Shown: positions 28,194 through 40,300 of the stretch, piece after piece | Position numbering within the stretch: the stretch's first letter is position 1 | Layout of the letters: the number at the start of each line of letters is the position of its first letter | Origin: Paramecium tetraurelia | Taxonomy: Eukaryota | Assembly: GCA_000165425.1 (NCBI GenBank) | Contig: CT868021.1 | Location: 62,001 to 126,000 of the forward strand | Direction of reading: 5' to 3' | DNA: 64,000 nucleotides | Made by a program: the position numbers and the translations under genes | The notes under the pieces: model-generated | The model's database searches: none | The model's input: the letters and a program-made list of their open reading frames with translations, nothing else | Told to the model about the DNA's origin: nothing

Positions 28194-31100
28194 TCATTTT
28201 CTTTTCTTTTTTGGACCTAGAGCTTCTCTCAATTTTCTATCTTATCTTTGAAATATTTCAAGTCTCTCTTTCCATTATTGTGCTTAATCAAAATCTCTCA
28301 ATTTCCACATCAGAACATCCATTCTGAAATTGGCGTCTGATGGCAACGGATATTAAGCCAATTCTAATTGGATTGGAAAATCACTCATGATAGATATCAG
28401 TTTTTGATTATCAAACTTAAATATTAATGATTTTTTACCTTTAATTCTTGGTTCCAAACTCCCTTAATTATGCTTTTGATTGATTTCACTTCCGTCTTCA
28501 AATCAAGACCCTTGTATTTTCTATAGCCTTCCCTTAAATATCTTCCAATAGCCGCATCAGTAACTTCGCAGACTCCCCCAGCTACATAATCTGAGTAAGG
28601 AAGGTATTCAATATTGAAATATTGACAGTACTTCTTATCCGGTTTGAATGCACATTCCATAATTAATTTATTACTCAAATCAAATAGAAACTATTTCTCT
28701 AAAAAGTCCATTGATTTATCACCAAAGGTTGTCCCATAAATACAACCAGGTGCTAATAAGATAATAATTTCCTAGGGAGGGTTTTCGAATATCACTTTAA
28801 CTTCGCCAACATTTCTTCCAACAACAGAATTCGAATGAAAATTAGCAACTAATTCTAGACGAGCATCAATTCTATTCATGTTTTGATTATTCTTACTTGT
28901 ATTTTCTGCCATAATACTAAATAATGCAAATTGGAGGATGATGACTGATTTATTCACAATATATAGGACAATTATCAAAGTAGCCTTAGAAGGTTTCTCC
29001 TAAAATTGGATTGAAGGGCTTGTGAAATATTAGAAATTGATTTTACTTTTTCCATGGATAAATATGAAAAGATAAATCCAAAAGAAAATGCTGCACACTA
29101 TTTAATCCTGAAGAATTTATCTTTCGAAATAGCAGCTTCATCCAAAAACACTGGTGCAAAGGCCAAAGAACTACAAGCTCTCTCAGTATTAGATCTGGAT
29201 TCGAAAATAGTTACTGGCATAGATATACTAGTTAGAGATCTTCCCATCAAAAGTGAAGTTCCTTCAATTTAAATCATTTCTTACCTATTCTAGCTAATAA
29301 AAATTTGACCACACTCTTCTATGCATTCACTTTAACCTCATTTATACATTTCAGACCACCATTCTTTTCGTCTCTAATGAAATCCTTTCGAAATATATAG
29401 TGGCCTCCCTCCTATTCTTTCATATACTTTCTTTTCTTATTATATTTGAATATAAAAATACATTAATGTCTTGTACTAATGGATTCAATATATGTTCAAT
29501 GTCTATGGCGATTTGACAAAATTTCCCACTAAAATACGCCTACATCTTTTTTTCTACCCAATCTTCAAGATTTTCAATAGTATCGCTCTAACTTTAAGTT
29601 TAATTACTCTAACTCTGAGGTTACCTTTAAGTGATAGAATTTCTGACCTCTATCACACTTTAATCAGATGTATTAGCTTATTGATCTGATTGTCCAATAA
29701 ATAACTTATCATTCATAGCATCAATATCATCTTCGCAATCATAAAATTAAGTAATATTTCCATCAGATCCCTCATTTTCAGGTTGGATATCATCATTTTC
29801 ACAGTCATCTTCTATTTTTGGTTATTGAAATATGATATTTTATGATATTATTTAGGATGACTCTTAAGAACTGGATGTTTTTTTTAGTTTCAGTTATTCC
29901 AATGCCCCTTAAGAAAGATTGCTTTGGTCAGTTTTTGCTTGAACTTAATTCAACTCAGTTGACTTATCTGATTTTTTCATATTGATTTACTATTGTTATG
30001 CTTGTTTATCCTCTTCTTTTTAGTTTGCAATCTAGGGAATGTTTTTGTCTTTAGAAGGCAGTGGCAATTATTAGGGTGAGGTAACTTGTATTTACTAATT
30101 TGGACCCAACTATGGGGAGGATCCAAGAATGGGTTATTGAGTGTTTTGATTTTGCACTGTTGATTTGGGGATATCGATAGGCTATTCCATTTTGAAGGAA
30201 TTTTATTTAGTGTCTTTTCTCTGTAGGGCTTTCAACTTTGAAGGGGCGGATTCATTTTGAGGACTATTGTTAGGAATGATGGCTTGGCCTTGATCTTGCA
30301 TCGATTATTTATCAAAGTCTAGTCTTTGGGGTTTAATTATGTTTTCATATTGCAGGAAATATTGTTGTGAGAGTATTGAATCTTCTTCGATAAAGGCTAA
30401 ACCATTGTAGCTCTATTCGGTGAAGAGGACTACGTTGGTTTGATTGTTTTCGTAGAATAGACCCCAAACAGCAAATTTCAATAGTCCTGAAACAGTGCCT
30501 GAATGTATTTTTTAATCTAGTTTTTTTTCAATAACAATTTTAGTGTTTTCTTTTTTTTTAAATTCCACCGCATATCTTAAGTATGTGAATTCTCTTTTAA
30601 ACTAAAACCAGTTTTTGATTAATCTTATTTCAGTTATCATTTAGGATTTATCAGATTTGAATTCTTTAATTTAAGTGTATTCTTTAAGATTATGGATATT
30701 CCAATCGTATTGAGTCTGAAACAATTGCGTTTAGCATTTGGTTAAGCCTAAAATGAATTAGTAATAATACAATTTCCTGGGAAAGTGAGGAAGACTTTGA
30801 AATTGAGTTAATTGTTCTTATTGCGATAAATCTTCACTACTTGATTTTGGATGAGTTCGTACTATTCCAATTGGTAGGATTTTGATCTGATAGTTTGAAT
30901 CCTAATTTAAAATATTAGAGTATAAAACATACGCATCTCTAATTTCTGGCATTTCAAAGAATTGTGGCATTTCATAATCGTATTCTCGAAGTGAGGCTGT
31001 GGATTAAATTAAATATATAATACATGTTGGTTTAGAAGATAAACTGGGTTCGAATAAACTTTGAGTTCGCAGTTACTATCCACACATTTTTTTCAGGAAC

Positions 31101-31407
31101 AACATAAGTTCATTGGCAAATTTTTCATTATCGGATCCCATAAGTATGTTCTTTTCGCCAATCGTAGAAGCCAATTCAAATTAGAATCTATTATTTTTTC
31201 TTTCTACATTTGCTATCTATCAAGAATGAGAATCCTCTTTACTTGATAATTAGCAAGATGGTAATTTTTATTTTATTTTGAACTTTTGATCGAAAATATT
31301 CTAAGTTCTTGGTCAATGATGTATTTTTTAGGTTACCAAAGACCAAAAGTCTTTCCTTTGACTAGGACTTCTCCTTCCAAAAGAAAGTTGATTTTTGCCT
31401 TGTCCAT
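28194..31407 (-). CDS. Oxysterol-binding-protein-related protein with N-terminal PH, START-like domain and FFAT-like motif
   Basis: ORD signatures ISMPVTIFE, KPFNPILGETF, EQISHHPP, PLPSDANFR, AQQWKERLEIFQRQDRKLR; N-terminal PH-like LEGEVLVKGKTFGLWQPK. Confidence 0.88.
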
Positions 31408-31530
31408 AAATTTAATAAAATATTTGGGATATTTAAATGGAATTTTAGTGTAAACTATTATTCTACCCCTTTTGCTCACTTTACATCTTATAAATTTATT
31501 TTAAAGTTATATTGTTTTTTTTGTTACAAT

Positions 31531-34243
31531 ATGATAATACAACCCAGATACTCGTAGAAGATGGCTGACACTTTCTCTAATAGTAAGGACTTTTACTCAT
31601 TTCATCAAAAATAATTCATTGCTTAAAAACCCCAAGCACAACGTTTGGAACATTTGTCAATCTCTCAAAGAACTAAAATTCAATCAAGCAAGGACAGGAC
31701 AAGTTCCGAAATACTGACGGCTTTTATCAACAGAGGGATGCTTTCGACACAATAAAAGGTGTCAATCTCAAGGCCTTATGAGAATTCATCAAGCATTCTG
31801 ATAAAGTAGAGTTATGATGAAAAAATCACCAGAGATGATTTACTGGCGTAACAGGCTCTATAAACCATAGAGGATTTGGAAAAGAGTAATAAATCATAAT
31901 GAATTGTTTAGATAAGAAAATACTTCCACCATTGAGATTGTATGCTGATAAATTAAAACTCAAGGAGAGACAGAACCAATCCAAAGAAAAAGTGGAAACC
32001 TTCAAAAGTTCCCTCATTGAAACGTAAGCTTAATACAAGTATGACTAGTCCCACCTTGCAAAGGACAGTGGTGAGGAAAAATCGAGGATTCATGCAAGGC
32101 GAATAGAAATCAACTTATGAAAATGAACAGAGTATCCAGAAGATGGGAAGAACCTCGTCAACGCCTTTGATGCAGAAGTCAAAAGAGGAAAAGGAAGAAC
32201 AAGCAACTAGTAGATCTGGAACTCCTTAAAAGGAAACCTCAAATGTGAGTCCAATTAAGAATCCCCAAAAGACTCTAACAAAGTAATTGAGTATTTACAC
32301 TCCTTAATAAAAAACAATTAAGGAAAAGAAATTACAGAGTGCCTTGCATTTATCATAACCATAATAACAACAACAATAACAATAATAATATCCTATCCAA
32401 ATTGATAAAAAAGTAATTCCAAGGAAAAAAAAGAAATAAAATTAAGTAAATATCATCCAGCAGTAAAATATATAAAAAGAGAAACTGACTCTACGTCACA
32501 CTTCGTATCGTTGCTTTTTGAATAAGATCAATTTTTCAAATAACCAATGCATTTCCTGTCCCAACAAATTGGAAGTCCCTGCCTATTATTACTACGTGGG
32601 TCTTGGGAACAATGGAAGTTTAGTGAAAAATATATTTCGTTAAAGATGGTGGTGGTCTGAAGTGGAAACTTTAGATACCGCAAAAGTAAATATGTCATGG
32701 ACATAATTAAAATAAAATATTTGCATTGAATAATTGCATCCCTACAATATGGATTCAGGAGCTTAGAGTTCCGAGTCCTTTATTTTGAGTCATGAAGAAA
32801 CCATTGGGGATACCAGTGATTCAGACATTGATGTAAGACCCAAATAAGTGAGCATTACTGGAGGAATACAAAAATAGCAGAGCTCTTCTTAGCATCAATA
32901 AAAGAAACCTCCAAATTACTACTCTATGAAAAGAATATTCAATGCTTAAGATCTATAAAAGTTAGTAAATTATATGGATGAAACTAATTGTTTTGATAGC
33001 TAATTGATTTTCAGTGATTGCTCTGAAAAATTACTAAAGGAAATCAAATAGTATAATACTATTCAAAGATTGGACAGTAGAACCCAAAAGATGCACAACC
33101 ATATGGAAGATAATTGGCACTTAGGTAATAAAAAGGCTTTGTTTTATAACATGAGACATTATTTTCAAATCATCAGAGAAGATTATAACAAATTGCTCCC
33201 TGTAACATTTCATGTTCAAAAGGGGTTAAACGATATAGAATACTCAAGATTCTTGGATTATTACAACAAAAGAAATGAGGACGTTCGAGAACTTGAAAAA
33301 AATAGAGACAGGAAAGACAAGAAGAAACTACCCCTAAATCTTTGGATAATCAAACCAGGAGAACTGACTAATAGAGGAAATGGGATCACTGTTTGCAATG
33401 ATCTCAATGAAATCAATAAAATAATAAGTGAAGAAATTCAAGATTGCAGATAAAGAACCTATATTGTCCAATAGTATATCGATAATCCTTTTTTGTATAA
33501 TAAAAGAAAATTCGACATCCGATGTTATATGCTGCTCACTTCTTAAAATGGAATATTTAAAGGTTATTGGTATTAGGAAGGGTACATACGAACATCATCC
33601 AAAGAATTCACCACAAAATGCTTAGACAGATTTGTACATCTGACAAATGACGCAGTCCAATCGAAAGATTAAGATTATGGTAAGCATGAGCCAGGCAATA
33701 AGATTTCTTATTTAGAATTCTAGAGATATGTTGAATGTAATTACCCCAATTCTAAATTCAACTTTTTCATTGACATCTATCCCAAAATGAGAGCTGCAGC
33801 CTTGGATATGATGAAGGCAACCTATGGTAAAATTGATCCTCACAGAAGGATTAATAGCTTTGAGGTATTGCATTGTTAGCTTATAGTAGTTATATGGGTT
33901 GGATTTTATGATTGACGACAATTTCAAATTGTGGTTAATTGAAGCCAATACCAATCCCTGTCTTGAATAATCTTGTCCTCTTCTTAGTAGAATCATACCG
34001 ACGATGGTAGAAAATCTATTTAGGATTGCTGTCGATCCAATTTTCCCTCCACCATTTTTTGAGGAATGGCCTTAAAATAAAAAACTGTTTATTCCAGATA
34101 ATGTTATTGAAAATAATAAATTCGAACTTATTTTTGACGAATTAATAGAGAAGAAGAGCATGCTTAATTTGTTTCGCGACAATAAAATTGAATAAGAATG
34201 TTTTGATATTGAAGAAGAAGAAGAGGAGGAGGAGAAGGATTGA
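31531..34243 (+). CDS. Tubulin-tyrosine-ligase-like (TTLL) tubulin glycylase/glutamylase family enzyme
   Basis: NHMEDNWHLGNKK, WIIKPGELTNRGNGI, VQQYIDNPFLYNKRKFDIR, HLTNDAVQ, GLDFMIDDNFKLWLIEANTNP. Confidence 0.92.
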
Positions 34244-34453
34244 TAAATTGTATAACTAAATTTTATAATTATCATTGTTAATTATTAAACTTTAAATTGA
34301 TTGTTTTAGTTTAATAAGTTTTAATAATTACAAGATCTAATCATAAAAATTGAGACTTTTGCTTATTATTATAATTTGTTAACATCATTAAATTTATTTT
34401 CTATGGTAAAATAATTTTATGATGTAATACTCAATAAATTAATTTTTTTACAT

Positions 34454-35709
34454 ATGTAGAGAGTCATCGTTTACTACGCATTCAAAATATGGGATGGTCT
34501 CTTTATTGGAAACAGCCGTGCTCCTTTAGTATTTATTTATATTTTAAATTGATGAGGAAAGAGACTTTTTGTTAATGAACAAAATAAATAATATCATTAA
34601 TTGTGCTGCGGCTGAACTTACATTTAATGGCAACGGAAACGTTCTCTGTTTCAATTGGAGAGACGCTGACGAACAAGTAAATTCTGCATTCAAATTTAGA
34701 GTATTGTTACAACTGAAAATCTCGAAAAAATAAGTGAATTTATTGAAACAGCCACAAACAATGGAGAGGGAGTCTTGTTTTTCTCGCTTAAAGGATAAAG
34801 CAGAGCCTTAACAGCATTATCAGCTTATTTAATTTACAAGTAACTTTCTTACTGAATTTCTTTAGATATCGTTGGGGCCTAATCAAAACACTCCAATTCT
34901 TAAACTCAAGAAGGAAGGACTTTGAAATCAGACCAGCATTCTTAAAATAATTATTGGACTTTAGCATTGAATACTTCAAAACCAATTAAGAAAGCAAGAA
35001 TTGGGATCATTATACAGAAAATCAAGAAATTTTGGTTATTTAAAATACCTATTTGAATTCCCAATAATAACCACCATTAATTACTAAAACTCTTGGATCT
35101 TATACTATTCCAAGTGGATAAAAATAAAATGTATCCTGGTCTATTAACTTGATATAATAAATATAAACAATCTAGATTAAGGAAGAAATACAATAAAATA
35201 AAGAATTAAAATCTATTTTAAAAGGGTCTATTTCAAATTCTTAGAAAGATAAGTAAGTAAGATGTGTTTCAGTAATTGATAATTCAAACATATATTTTGA
35301 TGAGAGCATTCTATAAAATATGTTTATCAAAAAAAAGTTACAGACACCTAAAATTAATAGTTTAAGTTTGGAAAGCAAAGCGAGCAAAAATGAATTAAAA
35401 CTTTTTGGCATATCTTAACAAAGGCCTGTCTCTAGAAGGCCATAGTATTTCACTCCAGAAAAGCAAAGGATTCTGCATAACACTAAATAGATTCTGGACA
35501 CTTATTTGAACGCATAATTAAATAATATATCGTTATTGAGAGGTCGAGCCATTCACACTCCTATGAGAGAAAGAATAAGGGCAATTTCTTAATAGAATAC
35601 AACTCCCAATAAAACTCCAACTCGAAATAAATAATCCTTTTTTTTATTCGAAAATCAAAATACAAGATGGATTAATCCGAAAAAATAACCTTAATTTAAA
35701 ATTAAATGA
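34454..35709 (+). CDS. Dual-specificity phosphatase-fold protein, catalytic Cys replaced (pseudophosphatase)
   Basis: KIWDGLFIGN, INNIINCA, EFIETA, P-loop VLFFSLKGQSRA, AYLIYKYRW, IRPAFLKQL. Confidence 0.8.
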
Positions 35710-35776
35710 TTTTTGTGAATCATTCTTGCTTATTTGTTTATGTTGAATTACAAAATTTATTAATATTTATTTCTTA

Positions 35777-37805
35777 TCAGTCAAAACTTGGTTTATTGGT
35801 TCTACTGCTTTTGATTTCAGTGATCATTTATCTACTTGTTGCAGCTTGCCCTTTCTTTTAACTTAATTTTGTCGAGACTAATATAATATATTATTAATTC
35901 TTATACTCCCGTTTTTTTTATTTCTCATATCCTTCATTATTTAAAATATGTCAATACTAGTTTATAATGTATTTTTTCTATTTTACAAATATCAATACTT
36001 ATCTGACATCTTAAGCTATTCTTAACTCATTTTATGAGATTCCTCTGATTTCAAGATTTCTGATTGTTTTCTTGAATTTGGATGTGGTTGCATAATAAAT
36101 CCAAATAACCTACAATAGCTTAATTTAGATAGTACTATTTTGATTTCTTATTGCCTCCCTTTGGAGACATCTGTCTCACATCTTTTTGCTTCTCTCCAAG
36201 AGAAAATAGGAGACTAGCATAAGACTTTGAGTTTTCTTATTAAGTCCCAATTTTTGCATTTAAAGTTTATTTGAATTTCTATGTTACTTTGGCATCTGGA
36301 GACTATGTCGAATAGGACTCCTTTCTTAAGGCTTTGTTGATCATATTGGAACAATTAGTCAAATCCTATTTAAACGATATCAATTCCCCAACTGAAGTAC
36401 TATTTTTTGTACTAATTCATTTAATTATAGTTTACTGCATCTTATTATTATAATTGACATCCTCCTTGTAAACTTTATTCTTTTAAAGATTTGTTAACTA
36501 AAGTTGCTATTATTCCCCCACTGAACTATAATGAGCCAAAGGAGATATAATTCTATTCTTTTTATTGAGGAAGACATCCTGTCTTCTTTCTCCTTATTGG
36601 ACATAATTGAGGGATAGATTGAGAGGATATTTTTATGAATTCAAGAGACTGGTTCTGCTATCTTTACTTAGGGATTGTCCTCTGTTTTAAGATTAGGGTT
36701 AGATCAGGGGGGAATGACTTGACTGCAGTTTATGGGTGTCCAATAGTAAATTTGTATTGATTTGTAAGTACTTTTAGGTTTCCAAGATTTCAATCTATTA
36801 ATTGAATAGATGTCATAGATACATACGTTATTTTGCAATTTCAAAATTTCATATTGAAGTTTTGCATTTTCTTAGGCTTTGATATTCAATTTTTGCATCA
36901 AATACACTAATTTCTCATTCATGGACAATTTGTGAGGTAACAAGTCATTAGAAAAATCAGTTATATTGTTTAAATCAGCGCTTTTTTTTTATTCTAAAAT
37001 TTCAATTTTGGATTGCAATAACATATTTTCTTGGACCAAAGTTAAATTCTTCTATTTCTATTGAGCCAATTCCTACTCCAATTTTTGATTTTGAGTTTAC
37101 AGTTACAAAATTTGAGTTTAGAAAGAGGCTTCAATTGCATTTTTCTAATCAGTTAATTCCTTAATTTGTTTAGTCAAATCATCCTATATGCTTTTTGGGA
37201 TATTTTGGGTATTATGTTGCTTAACTAGAGTTTCTTCGGAGGCGCTCTAATTTCCATGATTAGTTATCACAGGTTAATCGACACAGAGTTACTTCTTTAC
37301 TAAAGAATATAATTTTGAATTTGTTACAACTGCTGAAACAACCACCCTTTTAGGGGAAGCTGAATTTAGTCAAGTTCTTATTTTGAGGAGCAGGGGGCTC
37401 TTACATGATATCTTTGGGACTTTGTTGAGAATCAATTCTCTAAAGATTGGATTCAGATTGGCCAGAATTAATGCTCTGAGGATGAAACTCTACAAATTCA
37501 ATATATTGTATGGGGAGAGACTCTTAGATTTCTTCTTACTTTTGATCACTATATTTTGCATTGGTTTGAAATTCTTAGGACTCTTACAAATTAAGATTGT
37601 GAGAACTAAAGGATTTGGATTCTTTAGTAAAATTGAGTTCTTAATTTTCAACATCGGGAATATTGCTACAAAATTCTTCGAAAGTGTCCAATTCTGGGAT
37701 CTGCATAATAGACGAATAGTTTACTTATTATTAGACAAATTTGTCTTCCTCAGAGGACTGGATAATCAGATTGGCTGGTTTCCTTTGTTTGAATAATGGT
37801 TGCAT
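35777..37805 (-). CDS. Uncharacterised coiled-coil/Ser-Pro-Lys-rich protein
   Basis: ATG 37805 MQPLFKQRKPANLIIQ; SP-rich N-terminal part, long Q/E/K heptad region; stop approximate. Confidence 0.55.
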
Positions 37806-37865
37806 ATTGAATTTTAAATTGTATTTTCTTAATAATAAAAATATCGATAAATTAAATAGTATGTC

Positions 37866-38635
37866 TCATAAACAAAGTTTACAAAAGAATTCGGAATCAT
37901 TCAATTCTCCCTCTTGCAAACCCACGCACTCCAGATGGTACCATTAATGACAAGAATCGCACTAGTTTTAGTGTATTCATATACCTATACATATTTCCTA
38001 TCGGGATTAACCGGTTATTGACATGAACAGAATTTTTAAAGTGTTTCAAAACCCTAAATTTATTTCTTTTCCATATCCCATCTTAATCTGTTAAAATAAA
38101 CAGTGGATTCAATTTCATCCAGATCCACGTATTCTTTACATGAGAAAATCTAGCATGAGTGGATCACAGTCTAGGCCAAAATGTAATCTTCGTGTTTAGT
38201 TTTAAACAACTCCTGTTCCGAAACCCATTCATTACTTTTTGGATGTGATTTTATCACTTCACTTTTCCTCATGTACCATTACACACGACATAAACAAATC
38301 AGTTTGAGTGTCGTGGGTTCTTTTATTGATATAATTTATTTTATGGTCCCTATATAATCTTCATCATGAGCATCTCCACTATTAATCAGCACACTCTCTC
38401 CCAACTTGATAACTTTCTTCTGAACCTTCATACAATCGTACTCTTCAAATAATCCTTTACTTTATTTAGCTATCTTGATAAGGTTTTCCCATTTTTAGGC
38501 CTTGTACAATTCTCTAATACTAATCGAAGAATCCTTCGAGATTTGTTTCTTTGTGATTGTAGAACTCTCCGGTGATTCCTTTTTCAATCTGTCCTTAGTT
38601 TTTCTTGCCTTTTTGATCCAGTGAGAATACTTCAT
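37866..38635 (-). CDS. BAH-PHD chromatin reader (EBS/SHL-like architecture)
   Basis: BAH: IKLGESVLI..DYIGTI..CRVQWYMR..EQELF..H; PHD after a 23-nt intron: FCSCQQPVNPDRKYVQCDSCHQWYHLECVGL...FFCKLC. Confidence 0.9.
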
Positions 38636-40300
38636 CTATATTTAGATCAGATATTTATTTGATATATACTTTTAATTTAAATCCGATTGGATATAAAACT
38701 GCTTTCAAATTATTTATTATATCTTGATACTTGAATGAGGTATGCATAACTAATTCATTTATTCTTAAACAAAATTTGTATGATATTATTTAACATCACT
38801 CTAAAATGCTTGTCTCTATTAAATATCTTCCTTATGACTTATGACATCTCCCTCATTAGATCTACAACTCTACAGCTTATATTTATTATCATAGCAAAAT
38901 TTGTATTATCCCTTAAATTCGCTTATTTTACTGAATACATTATTTAACATTCCTTATCAAAAAGACATTAATATTTTTAGTTTTACTCAACTGGCTTCAA
39001 TGTATTGGAATATAACTCACTCTTTTATTTAAAAAAACTGGAATTTTTTATTTTTATTCTTATAAAGTTATTATAGATTTGGATTACTTTTTTGTCTCAA
39101 ATTAACCTATATGTTCTAAAGTCATATTAGGCTCATCTTTTATCTATTCAAATGTCGAAGATAATCAATATAGTTGAATGGTTTTTAGAAAAGTGGTCTT
39201 TCGGTTTTAAATTTCTTTCAGAGGTTTTTTGAATTTGATTACTTGAATAAGCTTAAGATTGTATCTTTTAAACGCCTTAACTTCTGTCGTAAAAATCCAG
39301 ATCATGAGTGTTAAATATGGGTGAAGGTATTGTTTTCATATGATATAATGAAGTTTATTATTTTTTAGGATTGATATAAAAATTATAATTAGGCCATTTT
39401 AATTATATTTTAATCATTAAATGATTTATGGGATTTAATTAATCTGTGGTCTAATTATGTATCAACTCCACTTCTAAATTGATTCAAATTCTCCATTATT
39501 ATTTTAGGAAAGCATTTCTTGATTAAGAATTTAAAAATATTTTATAAAATTCTTTTTTCAAATCAGCAAAACGTATTAACATTAGATTTAATTTTTATTT
39601 TATTCACTTTTTTATAAAAATTTAAGATAATAAATTAATATTAATTCAACTTATGCTTTTTTGTGTATTTATTAATATTTAATTGAAGTTAGTCTTGTCT
39701 TTGTCAGAATTGAACTATAAAATTTAAAAACCAATAATACTTTTTGATTTAGAATTGAAATAAATCAACTTAATTTCTTAGAAATCATGTTAAATAGAGG
39801 ATTTAAAATAATAGAATTTACAAGAAAATTAATAAAATCAAATCAACTATTTTAGTAATTCATTAAATTGAATAGCCTTGTTTAAGTATTTGGCAAGGAA
39901 TCAAATATTATATATAACCTTAATAAAAAAACATATTCAAATTCAATCCTATATCCATGATGATGATTGAAAATTAATATTAAAATTTTTAAAAGTCTTT
40001 TTTGATATCTTTATATTCTTTGATTATATAGGGATGGAGAAATATGAAATTGCATTAAAATAATAAATTAAAAAGTGACCATTCTTAAGAAGAATAGAAT
40101 CTTGAATATGGTAATTTTAATCGCATTATTTTAACAACAAAATCGATTCTAAGCATATTTTAATTGATAAGGAAATTCAAAGATCTTATTGATCAAATGG
40201 AGTGAAATAGTTATCTAATTTATTGGACAAGAAGTTCTAAGAATAATGTCGTTATAAATAGCGTGCTAAGTTAATTTGGTCTTAATTATTAATAACTAAT

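Noticed and set aside
37383..37796. 137-aa + strand ORF in the track
   Set aside because: Antisense to the minus-strand coiled-coil gene; no recognisable motif.
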